Notes under the pieces: generated by a model
The model's input: the letters and a program-made list of their open reading frames with translations, nothing else
Database searches by the model: none
Told to the model about the DNA's origin: nothing
Position numbers and translations under genes: made by a program
Assembly (NCBI GenBank): GCA_020891255.1
Contig: BQFW01000015.1
Coordinates: forward strand, 372,001 to 436,000
From: Entomortierella parvispora E1425
Taxonomy: Eukaryota; Fungi; Mortierellomycota
Direction of reading: 5' to 3'
Length of the DNA: 64,000 nucleotides
Shown: piece after piece, positions 25,270-37,897 of the stretch
Layout: each line of letters opens with the position of its first letter
Position numbering within the stretch: position 1 is the stretch's first letter

Positions 25270-26100
25270 CCCCTTCCTTGGCTCCACTCCTCTACTTCAA
25301 GAAGGTAATCTTTCATTGGCAGTTGATCGAACTTCAAAATCGGATGGGTTGACTACCTTACTTGGTTCTCTGCTTGCAGCAACAACAATTCGATATATGC
25401 CAAAAGGAAGAATTACAGGCTCAGCCACTGGATCCATGTCTTGGACAACTTGTCCATTCCACTGCTACGTAGGGAAGTTGCTAGCAGAAGTGAAGCGACC
25501 CTCTATATCTGGTTACTGTACGCCCCCGGATCGTACCCTTTTTCGTCTTCGAAAGAGCCCTACAGGAATCCAGCACGTGTGCCAGTTTCATCGTTAAAGC
25601 TAATGGACAGATTCGGGGATGGTGACCCTATGCGAATGGCAATTACAGGCAGCGAAACGTTTTCCTTGGAGAAATCAAAGATGAAATTAGGAGACGTTCC
25701 AGCTTGTCGGGACGTAGTCTTGTGTCTTGCGTATTTTCGGGTAGCCACCATCACTATCAACAATGGGAACTCTCGAGACATCTCCTTTGACCCCAGGGAA
25801 CACGATAAGTAGGGGCATCACGATATATCCAGAATAGAAAGGCCATTCCTCGGTCTCTCCGGTTTTTGACTCGCCGAATGTCACAGTGATGTTCTTGGGG
25901 GGGGATTGGGCTCCACTTCATTGATCAGATTCGAAAAGGAGACGTTCGCGTGACCCTCTTGACCTGCGTACGAAAGGACAATATCTGAGAACGTCTCGCA
26001 GTTGTAATAACCATTCGCAGATCGAACAGGAACAAACGACGGCGTGTAACGTTTGGTTGTAGATCAAAAGTTTTGAAACTCAATGTGACATGCTCGCTTC
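25270..26100 (-). pseudogene. Degenerate C-terminal (Fn3-like) portion of an S8 subtilisin-like protease
   Basis: Fragments YTPSFVPVRSANGYY, ANVSFS, ITVTFGESKTGETEEWPFYSGYIV, GVKGDVSRVPIVDSDGGYP, QWNGQV, LPFGIYRIVVAA..NPSDFEV, interrupted by stops and frameshifts. Resemblance is from memory of fungal S8/fn3_5 proteins. Confidence 0.5.
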
Positions 26101-26729
26101 AGAAGTTCACAGAGACCAGAAGGTCAATATAATCCGGTGACAATCCAACATCTGCACAAAAAAAAAGGAGTGACTTAAGAACTCTACCGTCAGTTCGATA
26201 GAGTAGGTTAAGTAGTTGTCCAGGACATGAAAGACTGTATTGGTAAACACCGTGAACGTTCTGAAGATCAGAGCCGTGAATTTCGAAAAAAGGACGTGGG
26301 ACGGAGTAGACACGAAGAAAAAAATATCAGAAAGTTCTCTCCAAATTCGAACAGCACTCACAGCGCTGTTCGACATAAGATGAGATATTGCTCGCATTGT
26401 TTCAAAAAGGGGTGGGACGGACGAAGAACTCCTTCTCCCCCTCCACAATTGCCGCAGATCAACAACTGTGTAACAAGGGGCAACCAAATTGAAAACAGGC
26501 ACGCCACCTACACTTTGCAGACACAACATCCTGAAAACTTTTAGAAGCCTCAATCACCTGTGACTAAGCTTTGGAAACGGGTGTAGAAGGCACCTCAACC
26601 CGATGATGACCAGATAGAATGGGGGCAGGAGATCGGCTGTTCAGATGACTATCAGGCCCCCTCCACGTCTATTTTTTAATCCATCCAACGTAAGATCTAG
26701 ATTGAAAGAATAAAAGCTTGATAGCATGT

Positions 26730-27164
26730 GCTTCATTCGGTGGAATTCTTTGTACATACAGTAGTGACTATCTGAAAAGAGTATCCGATGTCTAACACAT
26801 GTTCAAATGACTATGGTTCCGGAAAGCAAGTCATATTGCAGTGGGGGTGCACGAATATTACACGAGTAGCAGGTGCCCGCGAGAGAGCTGTAACCTATTT
26901 CTCAAAGACAAGGGGAACAGGATCAAGTTCTGCTCAGGTTGCAATATCTACTTTGACCGCGACCAAGTCGGGTCTGAGAACATTGCTAGGGTGTGCGTGG
27001 CCTTTCTGGATGGACTTGAGCGACCAGCAAAGTTCAAGCCCGCGCCGCCTACACCACCAGCAGCGGCGTCCTCTTCATCAGCGCCACCAACAGCGGTCCG
27101 AGCAGGACCAAGCACACGGTCGTTGTCAAGAGCTACCCAGCCTTCCATTCGAACGCGCCTATAG
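26730..27164 (+). mobile_element. Fanzor/TnpB-like nuclease relic (RuvC-II, Zn finger, RuvC-III end), degenerate upstream
   Basis: AVGVHEYYTSSRCPRESC...RIKFCSGCNIYFDRDQVGSENI matches the TnpB/Fanzor pattern ExxTSxxC..C...CxxC....RD..A..NI. The upstream frame is broken by stops. Confidence 0.68.
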
Positions 27165-27183
27165 CGTCTCTTTGCCTTTCAAA

Positions 27184-27278
27184 ACTGTCGGGACCTGGCA
27201 AGCCCAACACAGTGTTCTTGTTCACTAGGAAGGTACTCTGAACCTGGAAGCGATTCGGCAGAGAGACGCCAGAGTACC
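27184..27278 (+). ncRNA. Candidate omegaRNA-like structured segment 3' of the Fanzor-like ORF
   Basis: Stem GGTACTCTG (27232-27240) pairs with CAGAGTACC (27270-27278). An upstream hairpin ACTGT..GGG..CCC..ACAGT spans 27184-27213. Position fits omegaRNA; no expression evidence. Confidence 0.25.
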
Positions 27279-27864
27279 GATTTCTTGTAGAAAGAATAAA
27301 CGATGGTACTAGCAAAGGACAAAGCAATGATGTCATGTATGGCCGGACGTCCTCATCCTATCAGGAAGCCTCTGCTAATGGCCCTCTGAAAGGTAGACAT
27401 CCAATCGAGACGGTCAGAACGACATGGCGACCTCTTCTTGCAACATATCGAAGCAAAAGGTTGCTGAAAGAACGCGCTGAAAACCAGCACCATCTCCCTA
27501 CCGTTTTTGGCGGACTCTACCAATGCTTTTTAAAATGAACAATTCTATATAGATGCGACTGCTGAGTAAAAGATAGATGGAATGGGGCGTGACATCGTGG
27601 TTGGCGAAAGCCAAGGAGGTAGGAGGGGTCGATGGTGGCCGAAAGTAACGAGGGTCATGTGAATTCTGCTGAAAGGTGAAGTTGCGCAGATAACGCGAAG
27701 CCAGAGGTGTATCGACCTCAGTTCTAAAAATACGGTGACGTTTATTAGCGCTTAATATGCCGAATCAAGCCCGATCCCATGCGAAACTGATCACATTCAT
27801 TCATTCTGTTCATGATTTTCGTCTGTCTGTCCTTCTCTTCTCCAACCATACACATTGACACATC

Positions 27865-28167
27865 ATGCCTCGTGCCCGTATTATCCGTGACATGAAGGCA
27901 AGGGCCACCGTGGCCTCTTCAGAAGTTGTCCGCCAGGCCTTCCGGTACTTGACCCACAACACGGCCTTGCCCGCCAAGGTCCGAGCCCAAGCCCAGCTCC
28001 AGCTCAATGCCTTCCCTCGGGATGCTCGTCCTACTGCCATCCACAACCGTTGTCTAGAGACGGGCCGTGGTCGTGGTGTCCTCCGTGCCTTCCGTCTCTG
28101 CCGATTCCAGTTCCGTCTCAAGGCCTTGGAGGGAGAGATTCCCGGCGTTAGAAAGTCGACCTGGTAA
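27865..28167 (+). CDS. MRP2: Mitochondrial ribosomal protein S14 (uS14m)
   Basis: IIRDMKAR...VRAQAQLQL...IHNRCLETGRGRGVLRAFRLCRFQFRLKALEGEIPGVRKSTW*. Confidence 0.96.
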   Translation: MPRARIIRDMKARATVASSEVVRQAFRYLTHNTALPAKVRAQAQLQLNAFPRDARPTAIHNRCLETGRGRGVLRAFRLCRFQFRLKALEGEIPGVRKSTW

Positions 28168-28532
28168 ATCAGGAAAAAAACAGTCGAGATTCAGGAACGA
28201 TCCACCGTCGGCAAAGGAAGGCAAACAGGAACTGCTTGTTTGCTATCTCGGAAAGTTCGGATCGACATACATACACATAGACACAAACATCACAACACAA
28301 CACAGACACGGCTTGTATTTCTACTCAGACAGATGTCCGAATCCGCCAGCGGGATCCATGAACATAGATCAGCATCTGCAACCCTCCGTTCTTCAACATT
28401 AAAGCATTTTTTAAGGGTATACGCCACCAATGTGTGAACAAGGCAACATGCAATGGGCTCGTCTTGTTTTCTTCATTCCTTTGTCTTTTTTCCTTTTCTT
28501 CCGTTCGACATGAATGAACTCATCACTTTGCC

Positions 28533-30203
28533 ATGAAGAGAGCAAGCAAGCAATACTACTTTGAAGGAGACCACCGCTCCGTCCACGTCAAAGTACTCGA
28601 GGTACAAAAGACAGAGCAGAACAGAGGCATTTTTTTCGTGCTTTCTTTCTGTCCCCCAGTTCTTTCTAACTTGGTCCCATCCTCCTTTCAGCTTTTAGAT
28701 CCCAATTTCGGGCTTTATGTCTGGCCTTCATCTCTGGTCCTGGCAGAATACATCTTTGACCGTCTTGATCTCTTCCAAGCTTCTCTGACTCCTCCACCTG
28801 CCAAGACCATTTCGCATACGCGTCCTCATGCCCAGGTTCCCTCGTATTCACCCAAAATTGTGCTCGAACTGGGTGCAGGCACGGCACTTCCGACCTTGTT
28901 ACTCGCCAAAGCGACGAATCCCAGGGACACTTTTCTGATCGCAACGGATCGACCAGATGTACCGTCGATTTTGGAAAACATTCGAGAAGCCCTAAAAGAG
29001 AATCAGATTCCCGTGTTTGATCGGTCTTCTTTGATCCGAGGTCAACAACAGAAACAGCGACAGAGGCAACAGGAGCTACAAAAACAGTCCTTGGATACAA
29101 GCCAGGAGCATGATCTGAGTAGTCGTATTGAAGCTGGAAATCCCAGGGTCGAGGTACGAGGACTTGGCTGGGGAGATTTTACATTCTCAGAAGACTCTCT
29201 AGGAGACCAACAAGACGACAAAGAGGCAGCAAGCAGAGGTGGAGGGCTCTTGCAGTTGCTCGAGGATGTTGGGCAGTCGGTCTTTCAGGAACGGGAAGGC
29301 AGTCTTCAACCTGGACGGATTGATATTCTTCTCGGAAGCGATACCTTTTACAATCCCCCTGGTAAGAAAGAAAAAAAAATCTCTGACAAAAATGGAAGAA
29401 AATAGTCGTAAAATTGTACCAACTGGTGTCTTCTTTGTCTAGATTTCGAACCTCTTCTATCGACCGTGGCGTACATTATCCATCGTCATAACCCAGACTG
29501 CGTGTTTCTCACCAGCTATCAAAACAGGAGTACGAAGCGGAATATTGACCATTTACTCCGGAAGTGGGATCTGGAAGGCCGGGAAATTGATTGGCAAGAG
29601 TTTGGATTTGACACATCAAAGTATGTCGCTGATGGAGACGATGACCTTGAAGGGTACCCGGGTAGTACAGGTGACGACGATGATCTGGATCCGTTGTCAG
29701 ATCAAGGAGCGAGGCATGATTCTGAAGATGAAGACGACGACTATGAGGATACCGATGAGGTGAGAGAAGGGGATGGAGAGAGCGGGGTGCGCGGGAAAAG
29801 CATGGATCATTGGATGAAACTAGCTAAGCAAGAGATTGAGAACCAAGTTCAATCTTCTGTCAACGGACTGTCGCCATCACCGCACACCGCTCAGATCGCA
29901 ACCGCGACAAAGATATCTCCTCTGGTCAATTATGGATCCTCCGGCTCTGACGACGAGGATGAACCCTGTCTTGTCGCCCGACCCCAACTTTCAGCAAAGT
30001 CAACCAGGGGCACAACAGACGACGTAGATCAAAGTGACAGTGACTTTGAAGTGAAACCCGAAGCACAAAGTCAAGACCACCCCACGAGTAGTCATCAATT
30101 GGGTGATGGCGGTGCTCTGAACAGTGTCCATCTCTTGTGGATCTGCAAACGAGGGCGAGCCGAGTCCCTGTTTGAATCATGGAGATCCAAGAAATCAACG
30201 TAG
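28533..30203 (+). CDS. Methyltransf_16-family protein methyltransferase (METTL23-like) with an acidic C-terminal extension, 3 exons
   Basis: FGLYVWPSSLVLAEYI, IVLELGAGTALP, GLGWGDF, DILLGSDTFYNPP|DFEPLLSTV, YQNRS..IDHLLRKWDL. Introns ~28602-28690 and ~29362-29442. Confidence 0.85.
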
Positions 30204-30486
30204 GAATAAAAAGACAACTGCGGGACCTCTTTTTTTTTTTTTTGCTTTTTCTATGATGAACATTTTTTTATTTTATACATGTTTGAACGAGAAAAATAAG
30301 AGGAAAACCAAAAAGGAAAGAAGGATGTGATGATGGAGAGGTAGAGTGAGGGAGGGTATGATGGAAGGGAGGGAGGTTGGGGGAAAAAAAATGCAAGCAA
30401 CGAACAAGAAAAACGAGATTGAGAGAAGAGATTTTTTTTTTTTGGCAAAAAAAAACCTTTTTGGACAGGCTCCCGCGAATGTGCAC

Positions 30487-31916
30487 TTATTGGGCCTTCT
30501 TCTGGGCAGCGGCGGCACCACGCTTGGAGTAGGTGCGCTTAGCAAAGTCGACGAACAAGTAGGTCAAGGGGAAGAGGTAACCGACGTTGATCCAGACAGC
30601 CATCTGGGCGCCGGGGGTGCGGATGCAGCCAGGGACGAACAAGTAAGAGACAGCGATGGTCATGCCGACGAGGAACTGGGTGATCTGCATGGAAGTCAAG
30701 TACTTCTTGCCTGGGGGGTGAAGACCGATGGAGGTGGCGGCGTAGTAGGCATACATGATGGAGTGAATGAAAGAGTTGAAGACGACAAAGATCCAGATGG
30801 GGGTGGCCTGGTAGTTGATGCCGGACCACATGGTGATCATGGCACCAGCATGGTGATAGGTCTGGAGAAGGGAAGAGCGACGGCCCTTGAGGATGATGAT
30901 GATAGTGTCAATGACCTCGTAGAACTTTGAGAGGTAAAAGATGTAGCCCCAGTAACCGAGCGAGCCGTTCCAGAGAGACTGGTCAGTGTCGCAGTACTAG
31001 AAAAAAAGAAAAGAAAATGGGGTAGGGTTGTTAGTTTAAAGTGGACAGGATCAGTTTTTCGTTTCCTGGATCGCTCGCTATGGTGATAAAATGGTCCATT
31101 GTTGGTGCGTGCGCACAGATCCCGGTCTGCCCTCTCGATGCAACGTTGGGGAAAGAGAAGAGATAGATAAAAAAAAAAGTTGGCGCGTTCTCGCGTGGCA
31201 CAGAGAAAGCGAAGCAAAGGAACAAAGACAAAAAAAAAGGAGAGCCACTTTTTTCTCCGCTTCAAAGCTGGATGTGGGTGGGAAAAGGTGTATGTCTCCC
31301 ACACAGCCCCAACGAAAAAAAATTATAATCCTGATTATGATTGAGAAATTTTTTTTTTTTTCTTTGGGGGGTGGTGGTTGTGCTTCACCTCCGCTGTGTT
31401 TGCTCGGTTCCTTTTGGTCGATCCCTCCCAAGGGTCATTCCTCTCCTTGTTGTGATTGTGGATCCACCCGAAAGAAAGAGAGGTATGCAATTGCTCCTTG
31501 CACCCCTTTGTCGTCCGTGTTTTGTCCAGTTGTCCAGAATGCATGCTTGTTCAACGGCAAATCCAATCCCTTTGTCACACCAAGCTTAAAATACTTACTG
31601 CATCATGAAGGGTATGTGTGCTAAAGTTGCGGATCATGGCGGGGAACATGTTGTAGAAGGTGATGGCCGAGTAGATGCACAAGATCAAGTTGTGGACAAA
31701 GACAAAGGCGGTCATGGCAGCGCCGGATTGAGACTTCTCAGCAGGCTTGGCGTTGGCCGACTTGGCGACCACACGGGAGACCTTGCCGACCTTGGGGTTG
31801 AAGAGACCGACAGAGACGCAGTAGGTGGCAGCAATGGCCAAAGGCGTCTTCCAGTTCATGAAGAAGTCATAATATTCGGGGAAGGGGATGCCGGCAGGCA
31901 TGGGTCCTGACTCCAT
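30487..31916 (-). CDS. MALCE1: Long-chain fatty acid elongase (ELO family), 275 aa, exons 31916-31599 and 30996-30487
   Basis: MESGPMPAGIPFPEYYDFFM start; KFYEVIDT, QTYHHAG, NSFIHSIMYAYY, TSMQITQF motifs. Sequence and length match M. alpina MALCE1 as I recall it. Confidence 0.92.
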
Positions 31917-32874
31917 AATGGCGTGCATGGCTGTGATGTGATGTGATGTGATGTGAGGAGGTGTTAAGAGAGAAACCCGCAGATAACAATTGCACTGCTG
32001 GAAGAGAGAGCGAGAGGAGGGGGGGGGGGGGGGGGGGAGGGAGTGAAGGGTGAGGAAAAAAAGAAGAAGAGAGAGAAAAGAGAAAAAGAGGGGTCCTATT
32101 CATCAAGGCCGAGTTCTTATATCAATGATTCCCCACAGCTGAAGGGAACTGAAAAATCTAAGTGTCGAGGAACAAAAAAAAATTAATAAGGCCCATAAGG
32201 CCCGCTTGTTGTTGGGAGAACGAGTCGAATTCGTAGTCCGTCCAAGGAAAGAGGGGTGCATTTCGCCCAACCGACGTCTAATTGACGGTCCATCCTTCCT
32301 TCATTACTTTCCCCAATCCCACGTCGTCGCTATAGTCAAAATCCATGCAAACAAATCGTGTCTATCTCATCGCTCCCCGTCAGACAGGGGGACCAGGTTA
32401 AACACAAGGGAGTTTTGTTCCTGGCAAGACTACACACACCAAGTCAATGGCCAGTCCGGACGTGACACCATTGGGTCTGTCTCGCCTAGAGACCGATATC
32501 AAAAAAAAAAAAGCTAAACCCATTGAATTTTTGATGGGTCCGCATTTGGACAATTGTCCTTTGTCATCCCGCCCAAAAAAAAAAGTGTCGTGACTGTCTA
32601 TTGCATCGGCCCTTCCTCCCTGTGGGAGACTTTTCCAATGCTCCCTGACCGAGATAACGGGCCTTGGGCTGCGTCGGGCTGTGTGAGCTTGTCCGGACTT
32701 TGGGGCTGCATCACAAGGTTTCGGCCATCGAACGCACGTTCCGCGCACATGCCTCCAAACAGAGAACAGAGCTGCCCCATTACTGTTCTTTCTTTCCGTG
32801 AAAGGTTTCTTGTTTTTTTTATTTCAGGGGTGATATATGCAGTTGCGATGCAGGAAAGTGAGAGGTACATGGTC

Positions 32875-35800
32875 TTAGCGTCCAGACTTGTTCCAGAGAA
32901 CGTAGGCACCGATGCCAACCAACATGAATCCGCCTGACATGAGAATCGTGGAGGGCTAAGCATAATGAATAATATTAGAGTCAGGGACGTGCAATGAAAG
33001 AGAAAAAAATTGGTGGCAAAATCAAGTATTTTTTTACCTGGTTCAATTGCCTTGGGTTCTTCTTGTCAAGAGGAAACACAAATTGTGCCCATGAGAACTC
33101 TGATTTTGACAGGTAAGGTCCATGCGTCGTCGTCGTTGTGGTTGTTGTCAAGGATCCGTTCTGACGCTGAGTCACTTTGGTAGAGGAAGAGCCTGTAGTT
33201 GAGGTAGGTGTCATAAGCGCCAAATTCTCCTCGACCTTGGCCTTTTCTACAAGCTGACGCTCTGCCACCTTGAGGCTCTGCGTGGTCGAAGCGAGCTCGT
33301 TCTTGGTGTTGTGCAACTCCTTGGCGAGGGTCGCCTTCTCGGTCTCCAAGGCTTCCAGGGTCTTGGTCAAGTTCTGCAGGTTGCTCTGAAGCGTCTTGGA
33401 CTCTGCATCCAATTCCGAGAGCTTCTTCTCCAGCTCCAGAGTCTCTTCCACATTGACAACAGGTTCTGGTGCAGGTGGGACAACAACAGATTGAAGGGCT
33501 TGAGCCAAATCCTCCTGGTGCTTGGCCACCAACAGTTCTTGGGCGATAGCTCCCTCACGGGCCAGACGCTCCAAGTTCTCCTTATGGACCTCTTCCAAGA
33601 CTGCGACCGCTGCCTCTTGCTCACGACGCAACGTCTCCATCGCCTGCTGATGTTCATTGATCATATCGTTCATGCTGTCCTTAGCCAGATCCCGCTCCAG
33701 TTTGACTTGGGTCAATTCTGTAATGCTTTGAGCCAAATCCCGACGCAAGATCTCGTCCTCTACCACCAAGGGCTCCAAAAGTCGAGTCTTTTGAATATAA
33801 GCATCCAGTTCTGATTGAGTTTCATCCAACTGCCTTTTCAATTCTGCCAGCTCTGCTGCGTGTGCCTGTCAAAGAAAGGAGAAAAAGATCAAAAATGGCA
33901 TTAGAGGCTGGATCGCAATTTGAATCATTATTTTCTAAAGTACACACATTCAACGTCTATTCACCTGGGTATTTTGCTCCAAGAGCTTTTGGTATTCGGC
34001 AGCAGCTGCAGCCGTGGCAGCTGTAGATGCGGCGGCCGCGGTGTTGTCCTGGGTCACTGCTTTCGTAGTGACCTGGCCATCCTCGGACCCATTCGAGACC
34101 AATGCCCTCTCCAGTTCTCCGAGTCCCTGCTTCAGGACACCCAAGTCCGAGTTTGTTTCCTGAGATCGAGAAAGCTCGCTCTGGAGTCTGGAAATGATCA
34201 AATCGATGTTGGTACTCTGTCCACTTCCCCCGGAGGAAACAACTGTTGTGGTCGATCCAGATTGATGAAGTGAGCTGGGTCCTGAACCTGTAGGGGATCC
34301 ATTTCTAGACTTGGCGAGAGAACTATAGATGAATGGAGTCAGAAGTGAAGTTGCAGAGATATGGATCCTAATTCAATCAAAATATTCTTTAAAAACTTAC
34401 TCTTGTGCACCCCCTGCCTTGTTTGCATTGCCGTTTGTCCGCGAAATATAAATCTTGCATGCAACCTTCTCATGAAGAACTACCAGAATCATAAACAGGA
34501 GAGCATGATCGTTATTAGCTTGTAAAGATAATAAAACAAAAAAGAAGCGCGGGACGCGTTTTTTGAACACGACTCGCTAAAGATGCCATGTTTTGTTCAT
34601 ATCTCAATCTCATGATCCTCATCCTCTTTGTCACACTGTCACTCCAGATGGCCTTGTGGTCGGCCATGCCGATAGCTATCCATGTTTGTCTGTTTCGGAC
34701 ACTTACGAGCGCCTGACTCGTCGAGGATATCGATACCAAACTCAAGACTGTCATTCTGGTTCAAAAGGAAGGGTTCGCTCTCCACATTCTCGGCACAGAG
34801 TCGTCGTCCGTTCAAAAAGGTGCCGTTACTTGACTTGAGATCGCGAATAAAGATCTAGAAATAAAATAAAAAGGGGGGCAAGAGTGGTGTTAGCCATGGG
34901 ATCAGGACGAGAAACAGGACTGATTGAAAGCTTTTTTTTCTTCTTTTTACCTTTCCATTGTCCGCCCAGACCTCGGCATGGACTCGACTGAGCACCTTGG
35001 AATCAAAATATCCATTAGAAGGATGAGGTGCGGTTGTTACGCCTGTTTGACGACCAATCTTGACTGGCGTCTGATCTTGGAGTTCCAGCGACTTGATTGC
35101 AAACGAGTTGTTGGTGGGCTCGAGGACGAGGATCGGGTTGGCCGAACCTCCGGTAGAATGTCCGTTCATGGTTGTGGTGATGGTGGTATACTTTGTACCG
35201 TTGACTGAGGAAGAAGAAGAGGTAGAGGAGGTGGGGGATGAGATGGTCGCGCTAGCAGGGGAAGAGTGCGAGAGCGAGGCCGTGGCGGAGGCCGTGGTCA
35301 GAGAAGGGGCGACAGAGGAGGTCGAGGCTTGACGCTTTGGCAGGAGGATTCCGTTTGAAGTCTGGAGCAGATTGTGGATGGGCTGAGTGATTGTCGATGT
35401 GGAGCTGACAGATGGAGCTGATCGGATGAAGCAGGGAGCAATGAGAAAAGAATGGAGCAGCAGGAAGAAAAAGGAGAGTCGGGGGTTGATATTGGTTAGC
35501 AAGGGGCTATAGATTTGCAAAGACAGGAGAAGGAGAGATGCAGCACGCGAATGGCACCGAGGAAGAGAAGAGAATGACACGAAAGAACAAAAAGAACGAA
35601 GGGGTCAAGGAGGGAACGAGCGAAGAGGGGCGACTTTTCCCGAGGCACCAAGCAAAGGATAATGTCTCTCTTGACAGAGCACTGGCACCCGCACAAGGAA
35701 AGGAAAGGCGCGTATTCTCTGTCTCTCTTGCGGACACAGCGGGGAGGATGACCATGGCCCTCTCTCTGTCTCGGTCCGTCTGTCTGTCTGTCTGTCTGTG

Positions 35801-37087
35801 CCCAGGGCAAAACTGGGTCCTAGCACCCACCCTGTCTCTCTCTCTTGCTCTCACGCACACAAAAACATCTCCAGAGGACACGAAGGGAGGGAAGAAGAAA
35901 AAAAGGGCCAGAACAAACGGTAGCAAATAGAGCGGGTTGAATGAGTGTGGTCCTGTACAAAAATGTCCCTTTGTTCACGCAATCCAGTCTGATCTTAAAT
36001 AACCTCTGTCTGTCTGGATGGCTGTCTTTCCAATAACCAGAGAAAATTGTATTCTTGTCCAAGGATACAAACCAAGGTACACCCACCATCCAGCCCATCA
36101 TAATAATGACGCCAAACACTCACGTATTCGAGCCATCATGAAACGACGCCGTTGCTGTTGCTGCTGCTGGTGTTGTTGTTGTTGCTGCTGCCGCGTTATT
36201 GTTGTATTGCTGTATTACTATTATTGTTTGTTTGGTTTGCCTCTCTCTTTCTTTCTCTCTGTCTTTGTGGTTGTATGAACGATCGGGGATGAAATAAGCA
36301 AGGCCAACGGAATGGGCAAAGGGCAAGAGGCCAGACACAAAGACAAAAAAAAGAGAGAGAGGAAAGGTCTGAGCCCTGGGTTGAGAGCACTTGTCTTTTT
36401 CTTTCATTTTCTAGCCCTTCCTCAGTGCAAACGCGCAAAGCAGCGCAAAAGGACGACTCCAAAGGCATTTAGCACTCCAAAGGGCAATTCAGAAAACATA
36501 CACAGACTGAGAGCGATCGCAAAAAAAACAGCGAGGAGAAAAAGTCAAAGGCAGACAGAGAGACAGACAGAGAGGCAGCACTGAGGAATGCAAGGCAGCA
36601 AAGCAAGGCAACCATGAGCGCAAGGCAACCACGAACGCAACCACTCTTCGCCTGCACAGTCCCATCTGCAAGGATATTCCCACATTCACACACACACACA
36701 CTCCTCTCTTTTCTTTCTCCCCCTTTCACCCCCTTCTTGTTCTACCCCTCAACGGACAATGCAAGAAGAAAAGAAAAAAGGGCAGAGGAAGAAAAAAAAG
36801 GAAACTAAGAAGGAAGGAGACTTGTCTCTTTGTCTTTCAAAAAATAACTTACTCCTGGACTTGTTGCGGATGGGGAAGGCTGGGTAATAGGTCGAGGAGG
36901 CGGTGGCGACGGGGCTATGATTGCCATTAGTGTAGCCATTGTAACCTTGACCGTTGCTGAGGACGTTGGTCGTGGACGTGTTCGAGGCAACGGTCGCAGT
37001 GGTAGTATGCGAAGGGGGTGGAGGGCTGTATGAGCCACTGCCACTGCCCGTGCTGCTGGTGCTGTTGCTCCGGGAGGTCTTGAACAT
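32875..37087 (-). CDS. VPS64: FHA domain + coiled-coil + C-terminal tail-anchor protein (SLMAP/Far9/Vps64/PRO45-like STRIPAK subunit)
   Basis: FHA motifs VKIGRQT..NGYFDSKVLSRVHAEVW..|IRDLKSSNGTFLNG, long heptad region, terminal TM GGFMLVGIGAYVLWNKSGR*. ~1.4 kb intron 35419-36852. The 5' end is uncertain. Confidence 0.78.
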
Positions 37088-37451
37088 TGGTGTGGTGTGT
37101 CTAGACAAAAGAGCTTTGCCTTGTTTTTGAGGGAGAACGAAAGCGACAGAGAGAGAAAGAGAGAAAGGAGGACAAAGAAGGACGTGAGAGCGTAATGTAA
37201 TGAACCAACAGGATTAGGCAGAAGCAAGGGCTAGTGAATGCTGTCGTTCACTTTCGGAATGAAGAGTAAGAATAAGCGAGGGTGGAGAGAGAATGAGAAG
37301 AGAGGGAGAGAGAAGAGAGAATGAGGAGAAAGAGAATGAGGGAAAGAGAAAAAGAGAAAAGAGAATGACACGCAGGGCGACGAACAAAGAAAGAGAAAGA
37401 GAAAGCGCGGGATCTTGCTGCTTTCATCTCTTGCATCGTCTTACTCAATTG

Positions 37452-37482
<31 letters not shown>

Positions 37483-37897
37483 TCTCTCTCTCTCTTTGTC
37501 TCTTTCCCTCCACTATCGCAAGGCTCTCGTTTCCCTCCAGCTGCCAGGTGCACTTCTCTGCATCGTATCGCTCTTGCTCCCTTTCAGCACACATGTACCC
37601 TTCCTGCATAGGTTGACATCTCAAAGTCCGATGATCCTCTCGATCCAACAAGCTTTGGATCCTCTCCAGGGTGCAGATTTCAGTCAAAAAAGACAGCACG
37701 ACACCCGAGAACCGCATCCCCTCTCCTCCTCTCCCTCTCCACTTTATTGCCCAGCCTAGCCCAGCCCAGCCCAGAAGTAGATCAGACTTCTTTGTCATCA
37801 TCATCCTAACACACATGCACCTCACTTTCAGTTCAAGATCATGTTTTGATTTTCATTATTTCTGAATAGGGTGAATGATTATATGGTACATGGGGTG

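Noticed and set aside
30346-30930. 194 aa plus-strand ORF, and similar antisense ORFs at 18859, 33311, 37871, 55114 and 62331
   Set aside because: These are antisense shadows of GC3-rich real genes on the opposite strand, with no independent motifs.
32008-32042. Long G-run upstream of MALCE1 as a functional G-quadruplex
   Set aside because: Homopolymer runs are frequent in this window's intergenic DNA and nothing in the sequence singles this one out.
35496-37860. Numerous short ORFs in the FHA-gene intron and 5' region
   Set aside because: They derive from (GA)n, (CTGT)n and (CTG/TTG)n microsatellites and encode only low-complexity peptides.
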